DNA of 64,000 bases, taken from assembly GCA_000708835.1 (NCBI GenBank), contig DF237169.1, positions 62,001-126,000 on the forward strand. The letters run 5' to 3'. Under the pieces are notes generated by a model that saw only the letters and a program-made list of their open reading frames with translations, was not told where the DNA came from and ran no database searches. How positions within the stretch are numbered: position 1 is the first letter of the stretch; each line of letters opens with the position of its first letter. Position numbers and translations under genes: made by a program. This document shows, piece after piece, positions 22,001-34,900 of this stretch. The DNA comes from Klebsormidium nitens (Eukaryota > Plantae > Klebsormidiophyceae).

Positions 22001-25000
22001 GAGACGGCCTTTTTTTTTCGCCCTACTGGCATTTGCGAAAATCGCTACATGCGTCGCCTAGAGCGTTCCACATGCGACCACGTCTTCGACGAGGAAGTGT
22101 TGTGAAATTCTGCTGGGGTCTTATGCTTGGAAGCTGTACACTTGGAAAGCAAGCAGGCAAAAGCAGATGTTCCCATCAAGAGGCCTGGCTCATAAAGGCG
22201 GGTTAGGATTATTGAATGTGATGCAGCTTCACCGCATCAACTGGGCGCAACGACTAAGCTGCATCTTCCAGGCAAGCCTGCCAAAATGCACGGGCAGTCT
22301 CAAGATGTTGTTGCGTAGTCGAGCCGAACGGATCAAAGAAAGTTCCTGCTAGAAGACTTCGTCACTCACTTCCAGTAGGCACTCCCCTCTGAGAAGCGCA
22401 CAACTGGAGCGTCCCACGCCAAAGAGAAGACGACCTCGCGTTCCTCTCCAGGGGGAACCACTACGGTGGCGCAGACTGCAGCCCCGATGCTCTTGCCAGG
22501 CTTGGACTTAGTGGAGGTCTTTGACACTGCGGTGCCCCGCGCTTCCATGGAAATGAATTTTCCGTGCTGCGGGTTTTAATAGAAATTTTCTGCTTCCTCA
22601 ACGGTCAGATTTGATTAGATTAGAAGCATGCTTTGCTTTGGGCACAGATCACCGGAGGGAACAGCATGCAACGGACTCAGATGAGAAAACACGACGAGCC
22701 TGTGGCCTCTACTGCCTCTGCTAAAGTTAAGTGACAGTGATGAGTTGCGTCCCTGTTAAGCAGATACGCTGCTCCCCTGTTGGGCGGTTACAAGTTACCC
22801 CAGGTAGCTGGCATGTCTTCTGCCTTCGAGCCAGATCGATTATCACCACAATCACGCCTAGGACTTATCGTCGTCAATTTCGCTCTCAGGTTAACCCCAG
22901 GTCAACTCCTTGGTCGCCTTGTCCAGATCACGACGCACGTACAGAGGAGCCAAGCAACCAGAGCAAACTTCGGCAAGATACTTACATGCGCAATCTCGTC
23001 CCAGACCGCTTTGGCATCGTACGGCGTGCTACCCTCCACGTCGAACGTCTCGCACGTCGTCACCGCCACCTCCTGACTCTGCTGGGCAGCAATCGCCCAC
23101 GTGAACTTGTCTGACATGTGCTTCAGCCTGCAGTAAATACACGCCCGCATGACAAGTTGTTCCACACGTGCTGAATCAGTGCTTAGTGACAGTACTTATC
23201 AACGGCCTTCCTCACCAAGAGTAGCCAAGGGGCTGGAAAAGAATAGTGATATCGACGACCTTGCAGAGTAATAGATTCCAGATCGTTGAGAAGGGTCGAC
23301 GGATTTTCTGTTCCGAGCAAAGACCTCCTTTTCCTTGTTCATATAGAATGGGGAGAAAGAATTCCTTCAGCAGCTGCTTCGAGGTGGTTTACTTAAGAAT
23401 TCGCAAGGTACTAGACGGATTCTCTGTTCCAAGCAAAGACCTCCTTTTCCTTGTTCGTTAACATGGGGGGAAAAGAATTCCTCCAGCAGCTGCTTCGAGG
23501 TGGTTAACTTGTTCTCCGCGAGGTACCAGACGGACTTTCAGTTTCAAGCAAAGACCTCCTTTTCCTTGTTCATGAAGAATGGGGGAGGAAAGACTTCCTT
23601 CAGCAGCTGCTTCGAGGTGGTTAACTTGGTCTCCGCGAGGTAATAAACGGATGATTCGGTTCCAAGCAAAGACCTCCTTTTCCTTGTTCGTATAAGGTGG
23701 GGGGGAAAGAGTTCCTTCGGCAGCTGCTTCGAGGTGATTATATTGCTTTCCCAAGGTACTAAACGAATTCTTGGTTCCAAGCAAAGACCTCCTTTCCCTT
23801 GTTCGTATAAGATGGGGGGGAAGAATTCCTTCGGCAGCTGCTTCGAGGTGGTTATATTGTTTACCCAAGGTGCTAAACCTAAACGAATTCTTGGTTCCAA
23901 GCGAAGACCTCCTTTTCCTTGTTTGTATAAGATGGGGGGAAACGATTTCCTTCAGCAGCTGCTTCGAGGTGGTTCACTTGTTTTCCGCGAGGTACTCACT
24001 TGTGATTGAGCAGTACGCCGGTGACCCCGTCCTTCTCCTCAAAGCTCGAGTTGGAGTGGCCCCCGGACAGGTGGGTAGCACCCCCTGTGGAGTTCTGCAA
24101 TCAAAAAGGATGCGACGACTTGAGGAAAATCCTCGCAGAATGGATCGGTCCTGCTCTAAGTTCAGCTTCCTAACAGTGGCGCCGAATGCTTTTCACAAAA
24201 TAGTTGCAAGTAGGGCGCTGTGTATCGAGTAAAAAGACATTCACTAGGAGACAGACGAACCAAAATTGTTGCCCGGACAGAGTGATTAGTGTTTGGTTGA
24301 TTCGCCCACCCAGCTATGGCACTTACCGCAAACGTGAAGAGGACGGACACTTGAGCATCGTCTTTGCCCGTGTTTGCAATCTGCAGATGCGCCACAGACA
24401 GCTGGTCAGTCTTTTGAGGACAGCGAGCAACAACTGGACGCATATAGAAACGACTCCAAAGCTCCAACGTCAAGCCATGCCTCGTAACACACCAAAATCG
24501 CTTCTATGCTCAGCTTGAAGCGGCATGAAGCAGCACGCAAGGTTTCAGAACATCCTGGGGTTTCCTGGACGCTCAATTTGTGAAGGTTAAATGGCAGCAT
24601 ACAAGCGGGGTAAACAGGATGCCAGACAAGTAGCTCTCTACTTTGGTTGAAAGAGAACCTTGTATAACCTGTGCCAGGTGTTTGTCTTCAACTGAAACTT
24701 CGCAGGTCTGTCTACAACCGTCTTCTTACAATCCAGATGCCCATAACACCGATTCTAAGCAGTCTTATTCGAGTCGAGCCATCCAGATGCCCATAACAAC
24801 GATTCTAAGCAGACTCATTCGAATCGAGCCATCCAGACCATCAGATTATTGGTCGACCCTCACCAAGTAGGAGAAGACCGCAACAGGGTAGCTGCTGTCC
24901 TTGTAGTTGTGGGGAAGGAAAGGGGACACCTGGCGGCACGAGATCTTCAACTCTGGATCGGGTTCGCCTGTACGAGACAAGCCGCAGCGTCATGAGGATT

Positions 25001-28000
25001 GCGCATGTGCTTCGGATCCATTCCATCTCCAGCAGACGTCTTGCGGTGAAGTATGGGAGGCCACAGACTGAGACACAGCTAACAAGGGACTGAAAAGAAG
25101 GTCACGATGAAACGGACAGGTAGGCACAGAATGGACTTATCTATCGTACATGGGCCCCTGAGACGGGGTGTTCGTGCAACTTGGGGCAAAGGGGGACAAG
25201 CTCTCCTCTCCGAAGCCCGGTCGACATTCAGCCGCGTCGATGGTTTCCCTTCGACTTTCACTTCCGAATATGCCAATGCCAAACCACGGCTTTATTTCCT
25301 TTTCCTGGAGGTTGGCAATGCAGGTGAGCTTCAACTTCGCAACCTTATACTAACAGAAAAGGGGAGACCGAAAGATCAGTCTTACCATCGTAAACCGTCC
25401 ATGCGCGAGGAAAGAGCGCGTGGTACGTCGACTTGTCCCCTTTCAGATTCCAACCCCATGTGGCTATCCCCGTCGGGGGCTCAGGCGCCTTCTTCTTGTC
25501 CTTCGGCTTCGGGGGACTGCAAGAAGGTTATGCGAGTTGTCAACGATAACAGTCTGCTTTGTACGCACCTCACAACCTGAGATTAAATTTTTCCAAGGCT
25601 TGGCCCAGATGGAGGAGGGCAGCAAGCACGCTCAAGGAAACGTTGATTGAAAGCAGGAAGCAGTCGCCAAAAATTGAAGCATGCATCCTGGCAACGAGGG
25701 GACACGCTTAGTTGCGCGAACCAATAGTGGCGGCGAAGTAAGTGCTTGCGATATACAGCACGAGTTGGAATCCTGTTGACATGACTACTTGAGAAATAGG
25801 GACCAGATATCGTCACTGATCCAAAGATTTGAGTTGACCACCCACATCAGCTCCTCAGGGCGCCCGGGGTAGAGCACGCTGGAGAACCTCTTGTGCCCGT
25901 CTGCTCCTCGCTTGATGAAAACCTACGGTGAAGAAAAGCGAACTGAGAATTGATAACGCCTCAGGAAAGATGATGCGAAGGCCTTGGAGGCAATCAGCAA
26001 ATCTTGGGAAACATGACCCGCCGTCCAGGCAACGACCCAGCCTTTTGCGGGCCAACAAAGGCGTCCTGTGGTGTCGAATCCTCTGCACTTCTTTACATTT
26101 GAAAACATTTACTTGAGCCTTTCATGAAGTCGGATGTGACACGTCTGCAGTTGGCCGCAATATTTTTCCTGTCGAAAGACATTCTGACAGTGAGCACATG
26201 GCTCTACTCAACGGTCCAAGCCATGCGTTTCGATTATTTTAGCTGGTACTACGAATTGTCTGCCTCTTCCTCTCTAACAAATCGTCGAACCCCTTGCAAA
26301 AGACTCACGGAAAACTGATCAGCTAGCACAGGCGCCTCGTCACAGATCCCCGGCTGAAGCTGCCATCGCCGGAAGTCCCCCCGCCAGCCCCTGCCAATGC
26401 TTCCCCCCCTGTACAGCATGAGAAACAATAAGGAACCTTTCTTGGAATCAACACATCAATTCGTCAGTATCTGGCAGCTATTTCCACGGCAACCGTTTTT
26501 CTTGGAACTTATACATCAATTCGTTACTATCTGGTCAGCTGATTCCATAACCATCGTCTGTTGTTTCTTTCCATCCAAATCTAGGATCAAAAACTGCACG
26601 ACAAAACCCCACTTGCATTCAGCCCCACAGGTCTCTTCCTCATACGCATCCAAACCAGTGGCGATGATAATTTTGCCCAATCTCCTCAATCAAACCCGCA
26701 CTGAAAGTGATGTTTGTTGACAGAGTCATCAGCAAGGAATGTTTGACGGAAACAGCTCTCACCCAATGCCCCCAAGTGGGACACCGTGGCACGCCTGTGG
26801 CCGCGTGACGGACTTATTGAACGGGTCAATGATTGGCACTCGTCCCTGGCTGCGCTCTTCCAGGACATGACGGTACAAGCGCAGGCCCAGTCGCGCCTGG
26901 ATATCAGAGGGGCCAGTGTCAAGGTCCAAGTTTTAGCTCCTAAGTACCAGACTGTGACGCGAAAATAAGTAGGAACTTAGACCTGCCGTCAACGCTACAA
27001 TACCTCTTTTACACACTCTGAACTTGGAGACAACACCTTTGGGCGTTGACTCAGCAGAGTCTCCATGCATGAGGCAGAGTAGTCCCTGAAAGTACTGGGT
27101 GCAAGCTCATCAGCGCCATTTGTCTGGAAGGTGGGGCATGTCAAAAAGAATGTCACGAAGTCTGCATGATTCATGTACAGTTCAACCTTCACATGTTTTG
27201 AGAATCTTTGACACATCCCCACGGCCCAGAGCAAGCACTCTGCCCCTGGCCGGAGTTGTTGCAGTATGCATTGTTTCGAGCCCCAACCAGAAACTTGCCG
27301 GGCGCAGAACCTCTCACCATCTTGAACGCCTCCGAGACTGTCACCGTGAACTCCTTGAGCAGACTGACGGGCAGGTTCAACTTCCGCCGCCACGCCAGGC
27401 TGGGGGGCGCCACGCCCTTTGTTGCTAGCTGCAGAACTCCCCCCCCCCAGATTTGCAACAATCAGTTTCTGCCAAATGGTGTGACCAGAGCAACTTTTGT
27501 ACGGTCCAGTGTAGGATCTCTTGGGTCAGGGGCACTCGTCTACTCTTTCAGCAGCGTGTCGCACTTGCATGCTGCCAGAAGGTAGGCAGTTCTGCTGAAC
27601 GTGTAAACTCTGGAATGACAGCGCACAACAGCTCATGCCCCTCATCTTTGAAATAGGGCAGAAAACACTGACAATTTACGCACCCAAGTCTCAAAGTTCA
27701 CGCAGAGTGTCTGAGCTCCATCTATGTAACATATTGAACTTTTTTGATTGTGCTTAGAGCAGACCTCTTCGCAGCTTCACTTGTTGCTTCATCCAGAATG
27801 TTGTCATTCCATGAAGTAGAGCTTGAACATATCACCATAGACTCAATACACGCAGCCACGTCGATTGCATGCCACTAGTCAAGCCCTTGATAAGATCAGC
27901 TTGAACGCAATCCGTGGCAGCAACTTCACTCAGAAGCCCATCAGCCAACCTCCTTCCACAGACCAACGCTTCTCCTAGCTAGTCTCCAACAAAGCTCTTC

Positions 28001-28160
28001 TCACCAACTGCAAGGTAGGCTTGTTGATGAAGTCGTTCAGCGGCCATGACGGCTTCCTTCTGTGCCCCGGTTTCAAGGAGAAGGACCCTGACTTGCTCCT
28101 CTCGTAAGTCTCCGACTTCTTAGATTCCAAAACTTTAGTGTGTTCAGGTCCGTCTGCCAT
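13065..28160 (-). CDS. GBA2: Non-lysosomal glucosylceramidase (GH116), about 23 exons
   Basis: Exons spell [19 protein letters not shown] (28005-28160), [14 protein letters not shown] (27318-27428), IDPF...[180 protein letters not shown]...[11 protein letters not shown] and last exon 13065-13319. These are hallmark GH116 motifs. Confidence 0.97.
15331..15390. repeat. Degenerate (CAAAC/CAAAA)n low-complexity tract just inside a GBA2 intron
   Basis: caaacctaaactcaaacccaaaacgaaaccccaaaatccaaattcaaacctcaaacctcaa. Confidence 0.6.
16760..16960. repeat. Degenerate purine-rich tandem repeat downstream of U1
   Basis: Recurrent ggaagg(t)ttgtggg.cagggaag.g and agtgttggac.tgga motifs at ~16785, ~16868 and ~16915. 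Confidence 0.7.
16990..17151 (-). ncRNA. U1: U1 spliceosomal snRNA gene (~162 nt) nested in a GBA2 intron
   Basis: Minus strand reads ACUUACCUGG (5' splice-site pairing end), SL1 loop GAUCACGAAG (17115-17124), SL2 loop AUUGCACUCC (17078-17087), SL3 ACACCC-UACG-GGGUGU, Sm site AAUUUGUGG (17022-17030) and SL4 GGGGGCUCGCG-UUCG-CGCGGCCCC. All are in canonical order and spacing. Confidence 0.97.
17174..17213 (-). promoter_or_regulatory. Putative U1 promoter: TATA box plus weak USE-like element
   Basis: TATAAA at 17179-17174, about -28 to -23 from the U1 5' end. CACCCACAACC at 17211-17201 is a partial match to the land-plant USE RTCCCACATCG. Confidence 0.6.
23290..23998. repeat. Intronic minisatellite, six ~115-122-bp units, abutting a GBA2 donor site
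   Basis: agacctcc(t)tttcc(c)ttg near 23321, 23437, 23551, 23668, 23784 and 23905; gcagctgcttcgaggtg near 23370, 23485, 23603, 23720, 23833 and 23955. Confidence 0.95.
24731..24840. repeat. Two-copy ~50-bp tandem repeat in a GBA2 intron
   Basis: atccagatgcccataaca(c/a)cgattctaagcag(t/a)ct(t/c)attcga(g/a)tcgagcc occurs twice, followed by a partial atccaga. Confidence 0.9.
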
Positions 28161-28968
28161 GACTGGAGTTCTAAGAGAGCTCCTTGCTGTTCGTTCTTGA
28201 AGCTAAGGCGTAATCACCCACAATGTAAATCACCCCCCTGGATTTCAAAGCACATCAGATGCATCCATTTGCCTCCGTCCTCGTCAATCGGCTGGCTAAT
28301 GCGCCACAGGCCTTTTAGCATCTGAAGGCCCACAAACGCTCAACCCGTTGAACATTCCAATGAAGTAGCGCATCTGACGTGAGGGGAAGCCCTTGCTATG
28401 ATCTCCAGATTGGGGGCCATGCATGGAACTGGAGTTTCAAATTCATCAGGGAAGCTGTCCCAACCCACGACATTGTTCAATTGGTGTAAGCAGGGACGAC
28501 TTTGTAACTTGCAGCCAATAGAAATTCTACAAGCTGCCACGTCGTTCTGCCATTTTGGCCTAGGGGTTAGTAGACAGCCTACCAGGCACCCCTCTCAGGG
28601 GTCCGGCGGAACTATCACTCATGACGTGGCACATGCACGTGGTCACTGCCCACGCAAGTCTGCTTTTCAGACTCCTTGATGATTGGTTCAACGAGCTCGC
28701 TGGCACTGCAGTCTCAGAGCAGAAGAGCTGGAGACTGAGGACCGTTTGCTAGGTGGTAGATAGCGCTAGTCAGCGACCAGCTAGCCGTCATGGGCGACAT
28801 GTGAAAGTCGTAGCTACTTACCCAAAGTTTTGCTTTGGAAACGTCGGAGCGTGGTTTGCTTGTTGGATTCAACAGTGTGCATCGCAGCTTTTTGTCATAC
28901 CCATCGGGCATAGCGTACAAGGCAGAGCGCAGCCGGCGATTCGATCGAAGCTGGCGAGTCTGAACCTG
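28161..28968. promoter_or_regulatory. Divergent promoter interval between GBA2 and the lectin-receptor gene
   Basis: Head-to-head ATGs at 28160 (-) and 28969 (+). Contains CCAAT 28515-28519, GCCACGT 28536-28542, ACGTGGC 28624-28630 and CACGTG 28636-28641. Confidence 0.5.
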
Positions 28969-31900
28969 ATGGCAGGCGTTTCTGCGCACTGCTTGCTCCT
29001 TGTCTTTTTGGGCAGTCTGCTTTCAGCTGCACTTGCACGTGAGTTTAGTTTGAGGTTGCTCATCCATTCGGGACGCTTGCTTTCACGGGTTGACAAACAG
29101 GGAGCTTGGACCTCACTTATAAGTTTGGACTGCTAGCCTTTCTCGATCGACGAGCTTTTGTCTCAGGTTTGAAAAGCTGCTTGCTGCTGTGATCTGGACA
29201 CGAAAAAGGCCACAATCGATTGAAAACAAATGGTCGACCACATGCTACAAGTCTTAGAGATGCATAGTGCGTGTGTGTATCTTTGTGTGTGTGTATGTCT
29301 GTTTGTGCGATGCATAGTGCCTAGCGGCCCCACAGGAAATCCATTCACTATGTCAAGGCCGGGTTGCCTACAGCTGGAGCGATGTGACAAGGATCTTTGT
29401 CTGTTCTCTGTTGTTCACCAAAACGATGCGGTAGACGCTACGATTGCCTCAAAACACACCGCATATCAGATGGTGTTGACACCTCTTTTGCCTTACCATT
29501 TCAAAAAACCCAGCTTTTATCACTTTGAGCAGGAGGGAGTGCCCTCTGTCCCTGTGTGGGGTGGTATGAATCTTGTCAGAATGTGGTAGCCATGTTTTGC
29601 ATGAGTGGCATAGGCTTTTTATGTTGTTCCAGTTCATTGAATAAACCTCAAAAGTCATTCTTTTCCGAAGCTCACCCGCTCATAGGCTTGAGCAAGCTGC
29701 TGCAGAAACCAGCTTTGCGTGCATGTTACCTCATCAGCTGCTTGCTTATCTGATGTGTGCAAAAGTACTCATGCTGGTGCATTGTTGGATTCAGAGTCGG
29801 ATGGGCCGCAAATGCTGCTCTTTGGCGACCATGTTGCGATGGCGAGAGCGGGCCCCAACTTTCCCACCACGCAGCTGACCTTTGAAACGTGGCTGAAGTC
29901 GCACGATGTGAGTATGCTAATGTTCATTGGTGCTGTGCTGGGAAATGTTGAATGATAGTAAAATCAATTCACTATCAATGCTTTTCGTATTTTGAAGGTA
30001 AGCGCGACATGTTGCTCTACAGAACATTGAATCCATTCACTGCAAAGAATTTAATTTTTGGCAATGCTGTGACATCGATGAATCTTTTCTTTGAAAGCTG
30101 TGTGCTTTCTTGCTGGACATTTCTTCTCCACCGACGTGAAGTGTTACTCAGTCTCACGGACTACTTTGAGGTGTGCCGCCAGGTACTCCAGCAGTGCCCA
30201 GGGTTGCTGGGTGCATTTGCACTACGCTTTTACGATTCAAAAGTCAGTCCCTTGCTTGAGGCAATTGAAGCCAGGCAGGTGTCTACTTTCATTGACTGAC
30301 CTCCACTCAAAGGACAGAAATTGTCTAGCCATCTCTTTACTTCCCCTTCTCCAGTTTTCAAACAAAGCAGAAGCGTTTCTAGGAGAAGCGAATCGGTTTG
30401 TATAGTGTCGGTTCAGTTTACACTGTCAAAGGAACGCTCCTGATCTTTCTGCCTGCTCTGACACGCGCAGACTTGCCACAAGTCCACGCCGTTCTCCTAC
30501 AGCGGCCCCAACAGTCCCGGCGGCAATGGATTTGTCATCTTTGACTCGGGCGATGACATGATTATCTGCATAGAGGAGCTGTACATCGTTCCAACATGCT
30601 ATGGGTGGCAAGATAATGGGATCAAAGTCGGCCTCTCGGACGGGCTTTGGCACCATCTGGCGGTGAGGACAGGAGTTGGACGTAGATGCAAGGATCCAGT
30701 GTCAAATCGATTTCTCATGGGGATGCAAACCCATCAAGCCTGCTCTGGTTGGGAGGAGCAATCGAGGCGGATCCAAGATGAACAGGAACCAACGGTCCGG
30801 TCGGGGTTTCAAGGATATGTCATGACTGTCTTTTACCAAGTTGGTTTATGATGAGAGGAACATTGATTCAGCAGTTTCGTGGACAAAAGATCTGTTCAAG
30901 CTGGGATTCCTCAACTTTCTTATCAAGCTGGTAGAGCACAGGCAGAGTCTCAGTAAGCTGAAAGGAACACCTTGTCTCATGGGTAGGTCTCATGGATCAG
31001 GTTCAGCCACTGCAAGCCTAGAGCAATTTCACAATTTTTCCTAGCTTTATCCAGATTTGAGATCGACAACCACTGTATGTTCCTTGTTGCAGGTCACTTG
31101 GAATGGCGAGCAGAGTGGCCGGGTGATGATCTACGTGGACGGGGTGCTGGCGAAGGCCTTTGACACCTTCAAAACGGGGCCGCTACCGGGCGGCGGAATC
31201 ATGGTCCTTGGCAATGAACAAGGTGAGGGGATAGGTCAGATTGGGGATAGATTTTCCCATTGCACAAAGCAGTAGGACCAATGCAAGAAGCATCGTGAGA
31301 TTTGATAGGGGAAGCAGGTCGTCTCTAAGTCGTCTGCGACTTGGTGTATCAGTTTGAGTGTTGATTGTTCAACTCGTTTTTGAAGGGAATGTTGCATGTT
31401 GCTGGGGTTGTTTCGAGACCCTTCCTTCTCTTCACCGCTGATTTCTGCCAGTCATGACGCAAAAATCCTTATTTGATAAAGTCAGTTAGAGCAAGGAAGG
31501 AGGGGCCGTGCGCACCATCCGCCATCGAAGGGATAGCTTCCAAAGCGCAGGATCAACCCCGTTGGGTCCGGCAGCGACCAGCTGTTGCGGTTGTCAGAAG
31601 CGTTTGACTCCGATTGGCTAAATTTCGAGAGAGGAGGGATGGCGGGGTGTCTGACAGAAACATAAGCAGGAAAGCCCCTGCGCTTTTCCCTTGAAGTGAC
31701 CCTATTTGGTACTCGTTCCCGGGCTCAAAATCTATACCCAAACTGTAACCCCCGTCGTTCTTCCAGATTGTGTGGGCGGCTGCTTTGAGACGGGCCAATC
31801 GTATTACGGTGCCATGGACGAGATCCGGCTCTGGAGGGTGGAGCGGAGCCAGGCCGAGATTCTGCAGTTGATGCACCAGTCAGGTCCGTTCTCCTAAGGG

Positions 31901-34900
31901 AGTTCATTAATCCAGCCCAGTTGGGTTTCACAAACGGATTCAATAGTTCGAATCAAACCTTTGGGTTTGTTCGTCCGTGCGTTTGTACGCATGGCAGGGA
32001 GTTCAAGCAAGGTCTATGATCCAGTACAACTGGGGCCAACAAATGACTCCAGCACTTGGGGTTTATTTTCTTGGAAGAGTTTGTTTGTTCGTTTGTTCGT
32101 ACACCTGACATTCAGTGCGTGGACGTGGATACTTGAGTGATACGCATGAACACGTCAATTGGTTGCCTAGCTTGCGGGTCGAGAGATGGATTGGAGTGCT
32201 TTGTTGCCAAAGGTTGGGAGCCTTCTTAGTGGAGGAGATTGAGGTAACGGAGGCATTAGCGGAAGAAAGAAGGCAAAAGGATCCGGCGTGTAGCTTTTGG
32301 TGTTGTCGTTTGGCTTACTACGATCGTTGATTGGCCGGCGCCTTAATCATGAAGGCCTGCGAAGGTCGAACCGAGCGGGCGTTCCTATACTCGCATTTAT
32401 CGTCATGTGGGGGCCGTGAAAGTGTAGGCTTTGCAAAGCGTTTCGATTGTTTTTGTACAGTCCGCGTCACATCGTCATAGCCTATGAACTTTGTTTCCCT
32501 CTCTCGTCGCTGGACAGGTAACCCAGTTCTGTCAGCGCCAGGAGCCAAGGACAATCTGGTGGGCTATTGGCCGCTTGATGAGAGAGGCGGGGACATTACT
32601 TTTGACAAGAGCCATCGAGGTGAGCTTCCTGCCAATTTAGATCAGTCGGCGTCGGCGGAAATGAGATATGTGCATTTGCGTGTGACACCAGCGACTGGCT
32701 TTTGTTGAAGTCTAGAATAGTTTTCAGGAAAGAGAAACGTTGTAGACGAGAGCAGCATGAATTAATCAGCTTATAATCGTTGGGACTTTGGTCAAGTAGC
32801 TTGACAAGAGGCTGTAGTTTTGTTGATATATGACAAAGGCTTTTCATCGCAGTGCCTTCGTTTTAGAAGCAAACACTCAACGAGCTTGCCTTCCTGCAGG
32901 GGGCAACAACTTCAACCTGACATTCCCTCCCGTTCACAACGTCACGAACGAGATGTTCCCGCTCAGGGGATCAACGAACAAAGTCCTTGCCTTCTCCAAC
33001 AACTTCGCAAGGAGCACAGCTGTGAAGACGTTCCCGACGGGCAGGTACGAAAGTTTGGGGCTCATCTCCGACTGCCGCCAAGCTTACTGAAGTCGCCCTG
33101 AGGGTTCGTCTATTTTGCACCAATCCCAGCCTTTTCCAGAGAAAGAGCAAGAAGGACGCATTTGCAATTTCGAAAGCGGTCCCGTCAAAGAGCACCTTTG
33201 ACATTCTTCCATAATTTCTAATCTCGTGATTTGGTCTCCTCTGATTGGTCCGGTTCACATGATCCATCCTGCAGCGCTCTTCCGGCTTTCCAAGGCCTTT
33301 AGAAGCTCGCATAAGGCACATTCGTCCGCCAATCGTTCTCGATTTGGAATGCACTCATTTGAACTCATGGGCAGAGCCACAACGTGCCCTGGCTGGCAAT
33401 TTGCAACACGCTTCATCGGGCTTGATTTTTGTTGTGCAGCTTTTCGGTGGAGATGTGGGCCGTTGATCAGAAGAACCTGGACGCAGGCTACGTGAATGAG
33501 GGCCGTAGCACGTGAGGACGCCTGTCGTATGTCCTTTTCCCTTCAAGCCGTAGTTCAACCACTGACTGCAGAGTCTGTTGAAATTCAACGAGAACATCGC
33601 AAAATTTAGCGGATTGCAAGGCCTCGAGCCGCTCTCGTTTGCTGTAGATTCTATTTAGGCTTTCAGCATACATAGTCCCGACGTGTCCGATTGTCTTTCT
33701 CGATGGCTCCCCTTTACTTTCAAAGTACTTGCAGGACTGCCTTCACTCTACTCCCTTGTGTACGATCTCGCAACATCATTTTCAATGAAGGTATCTTCGA
33801 CGGAACTGTTCAGGGTCGGAGAAAGTTGGAAGTTGCGAAAAAGCGCATGCAAACGGCTGTTTGGTCAGCCCTGCTACATCGGTAGTAAACGGTAGAGGGC
33901 TGACGGGATTGAGGTTTTTACCTGCGCAGTCTCTTTTCATACGCGGCCGAAGTCAGCACCCCAGATGAGTCGGGCAGCCACTTTGAGCCCCTGGCGGTCT
34001 GGATCTACAAGGACAACTCGGACGACCTCATGAGCGTCGTTATCAACTGTGAGAATACCCAACGTCACGGGCGGTTTCCCTTACTTAAACTTGACCAGCA
34101 GCGTTTCGTCGAGTATCCATGCAGGAAGCGTAGTGTGCAAAGTATTTTCCTTCGGGTTCCAAAAAGCTATCGTATGAATTCAGGTTGGGACTGCAACTGC
34201 TTACACTTAGTTTTTCCTTACCTCCCTGTTTCAAGAATTGCTGGACATTTTAGCAGCTTCGATCGTAATCCCAAAATTCATCAGAAATTGAAACCCGATA
34301 TCTGAAAACATGGCACCATCTATTCACCCCAGCTTCAAAGGGCGCCGATCAATTACTTAGCGCGCAAAACCCCCGTGCAGCCATGGTTTCTCGCGACACC
34401 GAAGTGTTTGCGGAAGACCACAAGTGGCACCACTACGCGCTGACGTGGGACGTAACCACCGGGGTAGCGATCCTCTACATGGACGGGCAGAAGATGTGGG
34501 ACGGCAGTGTCGACGCAGGGGCGACACGAGCTGCCAACGGGTGTCTCGTTTTGGGGCAGGTACGAATCATCTCCCGAGTAAAGTCCTGTAAAGTGCTTCG
34601 CTTCCTCCAGAACTTGTCTTTAGCGGGCTTGAAGTCCGTTTTCTACGACTTTCGGTCTCCAGGCCAGTTGAGCTGTCGGTATTTGTTTGCATAGTCTTAG
34701 CCATATCTGCCGAGGAGCCATGTTTCGGGGGTTTCAGTATGGTTGCGTCGCTTCTCTCAACACCGTCGAGCGGAATAAGCAGGTCTTCGTGGGTTCTAGG
34801 GCCCCCTCTTGGTGTGAGCGCGATCTAGAAATTGGATTGCGAAGATAAAGAATGTCAAACCGAGGCTTCTTTGTCTTCGCAAATCGGTTTGACACAATTC

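Noticed and set aside
23246-24009. Repetitive ORFs (e.g. 23458-23868) and superficial CRISPR resemblance
   Set aside because: They are translations of the minisatellite. The units are contiguous diverged copies with no unique spacers, and no cas genes are present.
30091-30405. Cys-containing ORF inside the lectin gene
   Set aside because: Flanking exons 29796-29907 and 30471-30663 join in phase without it and give the expected pentraxin motif, so it is treated as intron.
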